Source: an uncultured delta proteobacterium (GTDB lineage Bacteria > Desulfobacterota > Binatia > Binatales > Binataceae). From it: a DNA stretch of 64,000 nucleotides. The stretch covers positions 2,496,001-2,560,000 of the forward strand of contig CAWJET010000001.1 of assembly GCA_963842085.1 (NCBI GenBank). Direction: 5' to 3'. Both the position numbers and the translations under genes were made by a program. Position 1 is the stretch's first letter, and every line of letters starts with the position of its first letter. Under the pieces are notes generated by a model that was given only the letters and a program-made list of their open reading frames with translations, made no database searches and was not told where the DNA came from. Positions 1 to 8,955 of the stretch are shown in pieces.

Positions 1-260
1 TTCTTCGCCAGCGCGGCAAGGGCCTGCGCGTGCGCGTCGGCTAGGTAGTTTTTCAATGTGGGATGCGCCAGCGCGATTACCTTGGCGACGCCGTACCTGG
101 CGATCTCGCCCGCTGCCGCCTCGGGCGCGTCGCCCGCGACGACCGCGACCGCCTTGCCGCCGCGCTTCTTCGCCAGCTCGAGGCCTGCATGAACGGCGAC
201 CAGCGTAGTCTTGGGAAAGTGTCCCCCCTGATGCTCCGCGAAAATCAGAACGTCACCCAT
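1..260 (-). CDS. etfA: Electron transfer flavoprotein subunit alpha, 5' part (runs off window)
   Basis: Manual translation from ATG at 260: MGDVLIFAEHQGGHFPKTTLVAVHAGLELAKKRGGKAVAVVAG...YGVAKVIAL, a typical EtfA N-terminus; directly downstream of etfB. Not in the ORF track. Confidence 0.88.
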   Translation of the reverse strand, partial: MGDVLIFAEHQGGHFPKTTLVAVHAGLELAKKRGGKAVAVVAGDAPEAAAGEIARYGVAKVIALAHPTLKNYLADAHAQALAALAK

Positions 261-285
261 ATCAATTACTCCGCGTTCGCGATCG

Positions 286-442
286 TAGCAGCCTGTTGAT
301 GAATCACAGGCTGCCCCCCTCTCTTGTCTACCCCGCAAAAGAGCGGGAGAGAAGATTAGGGAAGGCAGCCAGTTTTACGCAGGGTGTTGAGAGCGAAATC
401 ACGGAATGATTCTTTGTCGGCACTTTCTCAAACACCCTGCTA
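286..442. repeat. MITE-like element with terminal inverted repeats and internal hairpin between etfB and etfA
   Basis: Left end TAGCAGCCTGTTGATGAA (286); right end revcomp TAGCAGGGTGTTTGAGAAA (442); internal GCAGGGTGTTGAGA (~379) and GGCTGCC...GGCAGCC hairpin (309-370). Confidence 0.5.
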
Positions 443-451
443 GGTTCGCAA

Positions 452-1198
452 TCAAATCACCTTGGCTTCGGTGTGAAGGACCGACACCAGCTCCTGCACC
501 GACGCGACCTTGCGCCCGGCCTGGCGCTTGGGCGGAGCGGCGAGAGTCTTTATCTTGAGCTTGGGCGCGAGATCGACGCCGAGGCTGTCGGCCGCGACCT
601 CTTTCAGCTCTTTCTTGCGCGCCTTCATGATTCCCGGCAGCGACGCGTAGCGTGGCTCGTTGAGGCGCAGGTCGGTGGTGATGACGGCGGGCAGCTTGAA
701 AGCTACCGTCTCGAGACCGCCGTCAACTTCGCGCACGACTGAAGTTTTGTCGGCGCCGATTTCGACCTTCGATGCGAACGTCGCCTGCGGCCATCCGAGC
801 ATCTCGGCGAGCATCTGGCCGACCTGGTTCGAGTCGTCGTCGATAGCCTGCTTGCCCAGGATGATGAGGTCGGGCTTCTCGTCGCCGGCGACTTTTGCAA
901 GGATCCGCGCGATCGCGAGCGAGTCTAGCGCGGCGTCGGTCTTGACCAGGATCGCGCGGTCGGCGCCCATCGCGAGCCCCGTGCGCAATTGCTCCTGCCA
1001 GGTCGATTGGCCGACGGTGATGAGGATGACCTCGCCGGTCTGTTTCTCCTTGATGCGGAGCGCCTCTTCGATCGCGATTTCGCAAAACGGGTTGATGACC
1101 CATTTGACGTTATCGGTCGCGATGCCGGTGCCGTCGGGCAGTACGCGGATGGTGGTCGCTGGATCGGGAACTCGCTTGATCGGAACCAGGATTTTCAA
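452..1198 (-). CDS. etfB: Electron transfer flavoprotein subunit beta
   Basis: MKILVPIKRVPD, INPFCEIAIEEALRIKE, AMGADRA, GKQAIDDDSNQVGQM, LNEPRYASLPGIMKA motifs; TTG start. Confidence 0.97.
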   Translation of the reverse strand: MKILVPIKRVPDPATTIRVLPDGTGIATDNVKWVINPFCEIAIEEALRIKEKQTGEVILITVGQSTWQEQLRTGLAMGADRAILVKTDAALDSLAIARILAKVAGDEKPDLIILGKQAIDDDSNQVGQMLAEMLGWPQATFASKVEIGADKTSVVREVDGGLETVAFKLPAVITTDLRLNEPRYASLPGIMKARKKELKEVAADSLGVDLAPKLKIKTLAAPPKRQAGRKVASVQELVSVLHTEAKVI

Positions 1199-1718
1199 AG
1201 CCTTATAACTCCACGCATTCGTTGATGCATCGATTGAATCTGAACAGACGAGGTTGCCCAGGGAACAGAGCCGACAAACGCAATTTCTCTAACAACGGTC
1301 GGCCGATCAGTCAAACGATACTAATGGCCGCGCGCCGGCGCAAATCTGAATTCTTGCCATGATTGCTCCTCTCAAGAGAGGTTCCGATGAGAACATTTGA
1401 TCGCGACATATACTATTAGTCGCGGGTCTGACGGAGGACGCACACCATCGGTAGTTTCGTTCCGTCAAATTTTGTTTTTCGCGGGAGTGCTTCGCGGAAT
1501 GTTCGCGGTCGAAGAATTGCGGGCCGGTCGCGCTCGTTGAGCGGTGGCCATTGGTGGGGAATATATCAGAGTCGGAGCCGCGCTGCCATCTAAAGGTTCA
1601 TCTGGCTTAACTACCGGTTGAGAGAATGGCTCTGTTCCTGGTCGGCCATTCAGTCGAACAAACTAACGGGCGAACGCCGACGCGAAGGTCGGGGGCGCAA
1701 ACCCGGCATACATTTCCT

Positions 1719-2333
1719 TTATCCGGCCCCAATTCCGAGAATCGTAGCGACCAATGCTGCCCGGGCGTAAAACGCCCGAGATGTGCCCCAATGTCCGGCC
1801 CCCTTCGTGCGCGGCTGCACCATGATTCCCATCGAGCCACTGAGGCGCTCGAATCCCTTTATGCGGATCACCTCTCGGATCAAGTCGTAGTCGGCCTTGA
1901 TTTGTTGATAGAGTTCCTTGTCACCAAGATCGAACGACGCAACGAGATGACAGAGAGACCGGGTCTCCGCCTTGCTCTCAAAAACCCGCGCGACGACGAC
2001 CATTCGCTGTAACTTCAAGAACAGATGGCTGTCTTGAAATTCTTTAGCAGCCACTTCGACGGGATCGATCATCGTGATGGCCATCGTCTCCTTCACCTTG
2101 AATGTACCATTAGGCAGGGCGCGCACCGGGACAACCTTAAGTTCCCACGAGCCGAAGTTCGGAGAACGAGAAGAATTGAGCGGAAGTCCTAGGTAGCGTT
2201 CAATGGTGTGGCCTGCCCAACCCTTATTAATGCGGTCACCCTTCCACATCGTGACGCCATAACCATTGGCGAGACCGACCAGATCAAGCCCGACCAGCTT
2301 TCCAAGAAGAGCCAAGGCCTCGGACCGATCCAC
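1719..2333 (-). CDS. MutH/Sau3AI family endonuclease
   Basis: NKGWAGHTIERYLGL...PNFGSWELKVVP (MutH KGWxG..LE..LG / ELK motif) and C-terminal QPRTKG...RAFYAR; adjacent to a DNA methylase. Confidence 0.82.
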   Translation of the reverse strand: MDRSEALALLGKLVGLDLVGLANGYGVTMWKGDRINKGWAGHTIERYLGLPLNSSRSPNFGSWELKVVPVRALPNGTFKVKETMAITMIDPVEVAAKEFQDSHLFLKLQRMVVVARVFESKAETRSLCHLVASFDLGDKELYQQIKADYDLIREVIRIKGFERLSGSMGIMVQPRTKGAGHWGTSRAFYARAALVATILGIGAG

Positions 2334-2340
2334 CGGGAGC

Positions 2341-3216
2341 CTACGCTTTCGAGAACAGAGTCTGTTGGCCCTTTCTCACAACGGGTGAAGTCGAGGACCT
2401 GCCTATCGCGAGCTGATCAGGGACCGTCTCACTCAACCGGCGGACTGCGAGTTGAGCATAGGTCTGGTTCTGCTCATAGCCCACGAAGGAGCGGCCAAGC
2501 TTCAACGCCGCCACGCCCGTGGACCCTGATCCTGTGAAGGGATCCAACACCAAGTCGCCGGGATCGGTTGTGGCACGAAGGCAGCGCGCGATGAGTTCCA
2601 CGGGTTTCTGCGTCGGGTGTTTTCCCAACCGCTTCTCCTCATCGGAAGGCGGCGAAAAGTGCCAAACATTTTTCATTTGTTTTCCACCGTTCTCCGCCTT
2701 CATGATCTCATAGTTGAACTTGTGCCGGTCCTTACCACCCTTCTTCGCCTTAGTCGCCCAGAGGAGAATCTCAGTCGAATGTGTGAAGCATCTACAACCG
2801 AGATTGGGCGGGGGCGCCGGCTTTTCCCACACGATATCGTTCAGGATCCGATAGCCAATTTGCTGCATCGCCATACCGACGCTCAGATAAACGTGAAGCG
2901 TGCCGCTGACCCAAATTGATCCACCGGGTTTGAGAATTCGATAGCAGGCTCCAAGCCAAGTACGGTTGAACTCATGATCCAGATCTATGCCCCTGCTCCT
3001 GTCCCATTCACCCTTGTTCACTTTGACCATACGGCCAGCGATGCACGTAACGCCGTCGTTGGAGAGCAGATACGGCGGGTCCGTCCAAATACAATCGACA
3101 CTTTCTTCCGCTAGGGCCTTCATTAAGGCCAGAGAATCCCCGACCTGCAAATAGGATTTGCCCTCTTCGCTTTTCCAAATGATGCTTCGGTCTCGGTCAG
3201 GGGCTGCGTTATTCAC
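2341..3216 (-). CDS. Site-specific N6/N4 DNA methyltransferase (beta class, DpnIIB/MboIB-like)
   Basis: TDPPY catalytic motif precedes HPTQKP and VLDPFTGSGST; VNKGEWD, WEKPAPPPNL and ENGGKQMKNVW segments resemble DpnIIB-like enzymes. Confidence 0.92.
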   Translation of the reverse strand: MNNAAPDRDRSIIWKSEEGKSYLQVGDSLALMKALAEESVDCIWTDPPYLLSNDGVTCIAGRMVKVNKGEWDRSRGIDLDHEFNRTWLGACYRILKPGGSIWVSGTLHVYLSVGMAMQQIGYRILNDIVWEKPAPPPNLGCRCFTHSTEILLWATKAKKGGKDRHKFNYEIMKAENGGKQMKNVWHFSPPSDEEKRLGKHPTQKPVELIARCLRATTDPGDLVLDPFTGSGSTGVAALKLGRSFVGYEQNQTYAQLAVRRLSETVPDQLAIGRSSTSPVVRKGQQTLFSKA

Positions 3217-3471
3217 CGGATCACACCTCTATAGTCTATGATTGCCTGCTCGCATGGCGCTTTCAATGAGCCTGATGACGCAGATCCACAGCCTACCGAC
3301 GAGATGCTTCGGTTAGGTTCGATGACCTGAATGACCACGGCGGCGCACCTCGGTGCGCGCGTTACAAATGCATGAGGCGCACATTCGGAATCTCGGCAGA
3401 TTTGGTCCCTCACCCGACGCTCGAAGACGAGCGTCGGCCTCGCCCGACATGGGGCGAGGCAATTCAGGAAG

Positions 3472-3654
3472 GAGCCGGGATTCTTCGCTTCGCTCTGAAT
3501 GACACAAGGACCGAGAGACAGAAAAAAAGACCAAGCGGGCGCGTGTGCTGGGATCGCGGAACCCTCACCTGCCGGCCGCGTTGCGTCCGGCCGCCTCTCC
3601 CGTAACACGGGCGAGGTTAGGAGCCGGGATTCTTTCCTTCGCTCTGAATGACAC
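3472..3654. repeat. Two copies of a ~34-bp REP-like palindromic repeat
   Basis: GAGCCGGGATTCTTCGCTTCGCTCTGAATGACAC at 3472-3505 and GAGCCGGGATTCTTTCCTTCGCTCTGAATGACAC at 3621-3654. Confidence 0.8.
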
Positions 3655-3776
3655 GAAAGGAATTGGGTGCAGGGGTCCGCGCCGGTGGCGTCACCCCTGC
3701 CCAGGGAAGTGCGAAACCCACGGTGGGGTTCGCATACAATCGTCAGTCGTTCACTACGCGCCCAGCGCGTGTGAAC

Positions 3777-4559
3777 TTACTCGTTGAATCCGAGGCGATG
3801 CGACAGTTCGCGGCCGGCGTCGAGGAGGCTTGGGGCGATTTCGGCGGTGATTCGTTCCGGGCCGATGCGGTAGGTTGGGCCGGCAACTGCGACGGAGCCG
3901 ACGACCGAGCGCGTGTAGTCGCGAATCGGGACCGCGACCGACGACACTTCTTCGATGAATTCGCCCGAATCCACCGCGTAGCCGTCGCGCGCGACTGCTT
4001 CGAGTTGTGCGAGCAGAGTCGCGCGATCGACGATCGTTCGATCGGTGAAGCGCTTCAGCGTCTCGGGCAGCGCGGATTTGAGCTGACTTTCGGCGTCGAA
4101 GGCGAGATGCGCCTTGCCGGCCGCGGTACAATGGAGCGGCAGCGTGATTCCGATTGGCGGCGTGATACGCACGGCGCGATCCTCGGCCTCCGCTGCTTCG
4201 AGCGGCACGACGCCGTCGCGCCGGACGATCGCGACGTACGCGCTTTCGCGGCATTTGCGGGCGACGTCGGCGAGGATGGGGCGCGCTTGCCTGACGAGAC
4301 CCATATGATGGATGTAGCGGCGTCCGAGGTGCAGGCACTTGATGCCGAGGCGATAATTTTCGGTGGCTTTGTTTTGTTCGATGTAACCGCGCGCTTCGAG
4401 CGTCGCGAGCAGCCGGAAGACGTTGTTCTTGTGCAGCTTGAGGCGCTTGGAAAGTTCCGTAACGCCGAGTTCATCGACGTCGCCGAAAAACTGTTCGACC
4501 ACGTCGAGCGCGTGCGCGACGGATTGGATGACGTAGTTGGTTTTGTCGCGTCGGACCAT
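3777..4559 (-). CDS. IclR family transcriptional regulator
   Basis: IQSVAHALDVVE..GVTELSKRLKLHKNNVFRLLATLE HTH, PLHCTAAGKA, GYAVDSGEF...SVAVPI. Confidence 0.95.
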   Translation of the reverse strand: MVRRDKTNYVIQSVAHALDVVEQFFGDVDELGVTELSKRLKLHKNNVFRLLATLEARGYIEQNKATENYRLGIKCLHLGRRYIHHMGLVRQARPILADVARKCRESAYVAIVRRDGVVPLEAAEAEDRAVRITPPIGITLPLHCTAAGKAHLAFDAESQLKSALPETLKRFTDRTIVDRATLLAQLEAVARDGYAVDSGEFIEEVSSVAVPIRDYTRSVVGSVAVAGPTYRIGPERITAEIAPSLLDAGRELSHRLGFNE

Positions 4560-4748
4560 CGTGTTTCGGCTGCCGTGCTGGCGATTCGTGAGACTCGTGC
4601 AGCGCGGTATGTAAAAGTGTTTTACTTTAAGTGACAGGCGCGAAGTCTGTCAACGATGCTCGGCAAATTCTCGGAAAATCGCGCTAAATGGCTGATATTC
4701 AAAGAGAAAAGAAAACTATCAACCGGGCGTCAAAACAGGATTTCAGAC

Positions 4749-5390
4749 ATGCCCAGACAACTTCCTGCCGATTTTTTCAGACGTGTTGATGACGACGATG
4801 ATGAGGTATTTTACTCGGTCCCGCGGCTCGTCACCCATATCGACGACGGTGCGATCGCGAAAGTCGGCGAGATTTACGCGCAACTGCTGCCGCAAGGCGG
4901 TGCGATTCTCGACCTGATGAGCAGTTGGCGGTCGCATCTGCCGGCGCATCTCCGGCCGTCGCGAGTGGTCGGACTCGGTATGAATCGCGCTGAGATGGAA
5001 GATAATCCGGCCCTCAGCGAGATCGTTGTCCATAATCTCAATCGCGGGCCGCGGATGCCGTTGGCCGATGCCGAGTTCGACGGCGCGGTGGCTACGGTCT
5101 CGGTGCAGTACATGACGCGGCCGCCCGAGACGTTCGCCGAAGTCGCACGGGTGCTCAAGCCGGGCGCGCCGTTCGTCGTGACCTTTTCGAACCGGATGTT
5201 CCCGACCAAGGCGGTGGCGATTTGGCAGCATCTCGACGACTACGACCGCGGCAAGCTGGTCGGCGGCTACTTTATGGAGAGCGGCGCGTTTGAGAATATA
5301 GATTTCATTGACCGAAGCGCGCCGACTACGCCGCCGTCGGATCCGATTTGGGCGGTGGTCGGGTACAAGACGCGCGAGGGACAGAGTTGA
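4749..5390 (+). CDS. SAM-dependent methyltransferase (type 11-like)
   Basis: FYSVPRLVTHIDD, ILDLMSSWRSHLP, GLGMNRAEM, VSVQYMT, FSNRMFPTKA; ATG at 4749 chosen over the upstream ORF-track start. Confidence 0.88.
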   Translation: MPRQLPADFFRRVDDDDDEVFYSVPRLVTHIDDGAIAKVGEIYAQLLPQGGAILDLMSSWRSHLPAHLRPSRVVGLGMNRAEMEDNPALSEIVVHNLNRGPRMPLADAEFDGAVATVSVQYMTRPPETFAEVARVLKPGAPFVVTFSNRMFPTKAVAIWQHLDDYDRGKLVGGYFMESGAFENIDFIDRSAPTTPPSDPIWAVVGYKTREGQS

Positions 5391-5773
5391 TCAAAAATCG
5401 CGGCATGCGTCATCTGGCGCTCAAGGTTTCCGATGTCGAGCGCGCCAAGGATTTCTACGTTCGCGTATTCGGGATGAAGATTGTCTGGCAGCCCGACGCG
5501 GACAACGCGTACCTGAGCTCGGGATGCGACAACCTCGCGCTTCATCGAGGCGACTTTGGCGGCGACGCGCAGCGCCTGGACCATCTCGGGTTTATCGTGC
5601 CGACCATCGCCGACGTCGAGGCGGGATACGCGTGGGCGAAGAGCGTCGGCGTCGAGATCGTGCAGGAGCTCAAGCGTCATCGCGACGGCTCGGTGTCGTT
5701 CTACATTCGCGATCCCGACGGCAACGTGATCCAGGCGCTCTACGAACCGACGATCAGCCCGCTTTTTCAGTGA
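5387..5773 (+). CDS. VOC/glyoxalase family protein
   Basis: MRHLALKVSDVERAKDFY..VFGM, LDHLGFIV, SFYIRDPDGNVI; TTG start overlapping the upstream stop (ATG 5405 is an alternative). Confidence 0.9.
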   Translation: MIKNRGMRHLALKVSDVERAKDFYVRVFGMKIVWQPDADNAYLSSGCDNLALHRGDFGGDAQRLDHLGFIVPTIADVEAGYAWAKSVGVEIVQELKRHRDGSVSFYIRDPDGNVIQALYEPTISPLFQ

Positions 5774-5826
5774 AGGTTTGTTCAGTAAAGCTTTTTTCAG
5801 GAAAGGTTTTTTCAGTAAAGTTCAGT
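5764..5826 (+). repeat. Degenerate ~15-bp tandem repeat (4-5 units)
   Basis: ttttcagtgaaggtt / tgttcagtaaagctt / ttttcaggaaaggtt / ttttcagtaaag / ttcagt. Confidence 0.7.
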
Positions 5827-5871
5827 CCTGACGGCGCGACGGGCCCGCGAATTACTCACAGGAGAAACCGC

Positions 5872-6987
5872 ATGATGCTCAAAGGGCGCGCGACCGCCGA
5901 AGCTACGGCAGCATACGCGAGCCGGTTCCCGCAGCTGCCGGGAAATTTCCGGCCGGCGCTGGGAGTGTCGGTTTCATCGATCGGAATCGGCACGTACCTG
6001 GGCGAGCCCGACGACGAAACGGACGCATCGTACGAAGAAGCGATCAGGGCGAGCCTGCGCGGCGGGATCAACCTGATCGACACTGCGGTGAACTACCGCT
6101 TCCAGCGCAGCGAACGGAATATTGGCAAAGCGCTCGGCGAGATGGTGGCGGCGGGCGAGATAGAGCGCGAGCAGGTGGTCGTCGCGACCAAGGGCGGTTA
6201 CATCACGTTCGACGGCGGCGTGCCGTCCAACCCGCGTGCGTGGTTCGAAGAGCATTACGTGAAGACCGGAATCGTCGCACCCGCCGACCTGGTTGACGGC
6301 TCGCACTGCATGACGCCGAAGTACATCGGCGCGATGCTCGAACTGTCGCGCCGCAATCTCAATCTCGAGACGATCGACATCTACTACATTCACAATCCGG
6401 AGACGCAGCTCGAAGCGATCGAGCGCAAGGAGTTCCTGGCGCGAATCGCGATGACTTTCGAGTTTCTCGAGGGCGCGGTGGCCGGCGGAAAGATCGTCGT
6501 GTACGGGACCGCGACCTGGAACGGTTTCCGCGCGGCGCCAACTGAGCGCGGATGGCTGTCGCTCGACGAGCTGATGCGAGTCGCGCGCGAGGTCGCCGGC
6601 GACGCGCATCACTTTCGCGCGATTCAACTGCCGTACAATCTTGCGATGCCGGAGGCGGTCACGCGCTCGAACCAGTTCGTGCATGCCGGCAAGGCGACAC
6701 CGCTGGCGGCGGCGAAGGCGCTCGGCCTTGCCGTTTGCGCGAGCGCGTCGCTGCTGCAGGGACAGTTATCGCGCGGGCTGCCGCCGATAGTCGCGAATGC
6801 GTTCGGCGGTTTCGCCACCGATGCACAGCGATCGATTCAGTTCGTGCGTTCGACCCCGGGTGTAGATGTGGCGCTGGTCGGAATGAAGTCGGTGGATCAC
6901 GTCCGCGACACGCTCGACACGGCGCGCAGGCCGCCGGCGACGCTCGACGAGCTGATGCGGCTGTTCCAGCATGGCAACGAGCCGTAG
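5872..6987 (+). CDS. Aldo/keto reductase
   Basis: SSIGIGTYLG, GINLIDTAVNYR, VATKGG, IDIYYIHNPE, IQLPYNL; AGGAG RBS upstream of ATG 5872. Confidence 0.92.
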   Translation: MMLKGRATAEATAAYASRFPQLPGNFRPALGVSVSSIGIGTYLGEPDDETDASYEEAIRASLRGGINLIDTAVNYRFQRSERNIGKALGEMVAAGEIEREQVVVATKGGYITFDGGVPSNPRAWFEEHYVKTGIVAPADLVDGSHCMTPKYIGAMLELSRRNLNLETIDIYYIHNPETQLEAIERKEFLARIAMTFEFLEGAVAGGKIVVYGTATWNGFRAAPTERGWLSLDELMRVAREVAGDAHHFRAIQLPYNLAMPEAVTRSNQFVHAGKATPLAAAKALGLAVCASASLLQGQLSRGLPPIVANAFGGFATDAQRSIQFVRSTPGVDVALVGMKSVDHVRDTLDTARRPPATLDELMRLFQHGNEP

Positions 6988-7044
6988 GCGGGTCCCGGAT
7001 TATCCGTAGGAGTGTGAATAGCGAAGGGTGTAGAGTGCTTGCCG

Positions 7045-7341
7045 ATGGCGACCACCGTCAAGAAGTGGGAAGAAGCCTGGAGCCGGCTCATCAAGGCGCG
7101 GGAAAAATTACGCTCCTACGAACGCGACCATGCCATCGTCAGGCACATTCTGATTCTGGACAATACCAAGCCCGGCGAAACGATAAGTCTCGACTACGCG
7201 TTTGGCGAACCGTCACCGCCCATTGAAGTTCTGAAAGCGCTTCAGAATTTCGATAAGGCGCTGCGACAGGAGGAAGGCGTTTTTCGGCAACTTGGTATGG
7301 CCGAGATGGCCGTGGTTGCGGCCAAGCGGAAATTCGCATAG
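7045..7341 (+). CDS. Hypothetical protein (~98 aa, helical)
   Basis: Protein-like composition, fills the intergenic space; no recognised motif. Confidence 0.6.
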   Translation: MATTVKKWEEAWSRLIKAREKLRSYERDHAIVRHILILDNTKPGETISLDYAFGEPSPPIEVLKALQNFDKALRQEEGVFRQLGMAEMAVVAAKRKFA

Positions 7342-7567
7342 ACATCTCAGTCCTGCGCATAGCACTCGAAGCTCCGACGCCTTGTTCGTAAACGAGCGCT
7401 CCGCCGGTCTTGCCCTGGTAGAGAAGCGCGCCTGCCGCGACAATCGCCACCAGCGGGAAAGCGATTCGGGTGCGTTCGAGCCGGTTCGGTAACTCGCGCC
7501 AACGGTTGAGCGCGACTTTCTCTCGAAGAAGAAGCGGCGAATAACCCGATCACTCGCGGGCCGCTGG

Positions 7568-8752
7568 TCAGGCAATTGTGCCGGACGTGCGCAGGCGCTT
7601 TAGCTCATCCATCGAATAGCCGTGCGCCGCGAGCACCTCGTCGGTGTGCTCGCCGACCAGCGGCGGGCGAGTGATCTTGCCCGGCGTTGCCTCGAGCTTG
7701 GCGGCCAGTCCGGTGGTCAGGTATTCGCCGAGCTCTGGATGCGGCAGTTTGACCAGCATCTCGCGCGCGGCGGTTTGCGGATGCTTGAACATCTCCTCGA
7801 TCGTGAGAATGGGGCCCGACGGAATGCCCTCGCGATTGAGGATTTCGATCCATTGCTCGGCGGAATGCGGAGCGAGCGCGCGATTTATCTCCTCGGTGAG
7901 CGCGGTGCGGTTTTTCACGCGGCGGCCGCTGCTCCTGAATCGTTCATCGTCGGCCAGTTCCGGCCGGCCAATGACGACCACGAACTTTTTCCACATCGCC
8001 TCGTTGCCGCATGCGATATTGAACGGCCGATCGGACGCCTGGAACACCCCGTGCGGCGACGACAGCGGGTGATGGTTGCCAGCGGGAGCGGGCGTCACCC
8101 CCGTCTCGAAATAAATTCCGGCCGACCAGGTCAGGATGCTGACAATCGATTCGAGCAGCGAAGTCTCGACCCGCTGACCGCGGCCGTCGCGATGGCGCGC
8201 TTCGAGCGCGAGCAGAATGCCCTGCGCGGAGAAAATTCCGCCGAGCAGATCGCAGATGGCGATGCCGACGCGGGTCGGCCCGCTCTCGGCGGTGCCGGTT
8301 ACGCTCATCAGGCCCGACATCCCCTGCGCGATCTGATCGAACCCGGGAAAATCGCGCAGCGGCCCGCTCGAGCCGAAGCCCGAGATCGAGCAGGTGATGA
8401 TGCGCGGATTGCGCAGCGCGAGCGTTTCGTAGTCGAGTCCGAGCGCCTTCATGACGCCGGGGCGGAAGTTGTCGACCACGACGTCGGCGGCGTCGGCCAG
8501 GCGCATCAGGATTTCCCGTCCCTCGGGTTTTTTGATGGCGAGCCGGACGCTCTTCTTGGAGCGATTGGCGGAAAGAAAGAAGTAGCTGTCCGGACCTTTG
8601 CTGTCGCCGAGCTCGCCGCGCGGATTTTCGACCGGCTCGATCTTGAAAATCTCGGCGCCGTAATCGCCGAGGATTTGGGTGCAGAATGGACCGGCCAGAT
8701 AGCGCGTGAGATCGACAACTTTGATTCCGGCGAGCGGGGGTGATTGTGGCAT
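7568..8752 (-). CDS. CoA-transferase family III (CaiB/BaiF)
   Basis: PLAGIKVVDLTRYLAGPF, NRSKKS, DVVVDNFRPG, SISGFG, GFDQIAQGMSGLM, PLVGEHT. Confidence 0.96.
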   Translation of the reverse strand: MPQSPPLAGIKVVDLTRYLAGPFCTQILGDYGAEIFKIEPVENPRGELGDSKGPDSYFFLSANRSKKSVRLAIKKPEGREILMRLADAADVVVDNFRPGVMKALGLDYETLALRNPRIITCSISGFGSSGPLRDFPGFDQIAQGMSGLMSVTGTAESGPTRVGIAICDLLGGIFSAQGILLALEARHRDGRGQRVETSLLESIVSILTWSAGIYFETGVTPAPAGNHHPLSSPHGVFQASDRPFNIACGNEAMWKKFVVVIGRPELADDERFRSSGRRVKNRTALTEEINRALAPHSAEQWIEILNREGIPSGPILTIEEMFKHPQTAAREMLVKLPHPELGEYLTTGLAAKLEATPGKITRPPLVGEHTDEVLAAHGYSMDELKRLRTSGTIA

Positions 8753-8955
8753 GACCGTCAAGTTACTCGGCTCGGCGGAATTTGCTCAAGTCCGCGAAGT
8801 CGCGATGCGGCGGGAGTCGCGCGGGCGCACCACGCGAATCGCCTCGATGACGGCCGGGCCTATCTTTGGCCGCGAAACCCGCGTGGCGGCGCTACGTCTT
8901 AGAGGCAGAGTCTATGGAAACCTCTGGGCGATGGGATGATAATTGAGCACCGCCA

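Noticed and set aside
3213-3608. 131-aa ORF upstream of the methylase as a control (C) protein
   Set aside because: No HTH; it translates through the REP-like repeat (CVIQSEAKNP), so likely spurious.
5308-5871. Apparent long N-terminal extension of the aldo/keto reductase
   Set aside because: Overlaps the VOC gene in another frame, Arg-rich and non-protein-like; good RBS at 5861.
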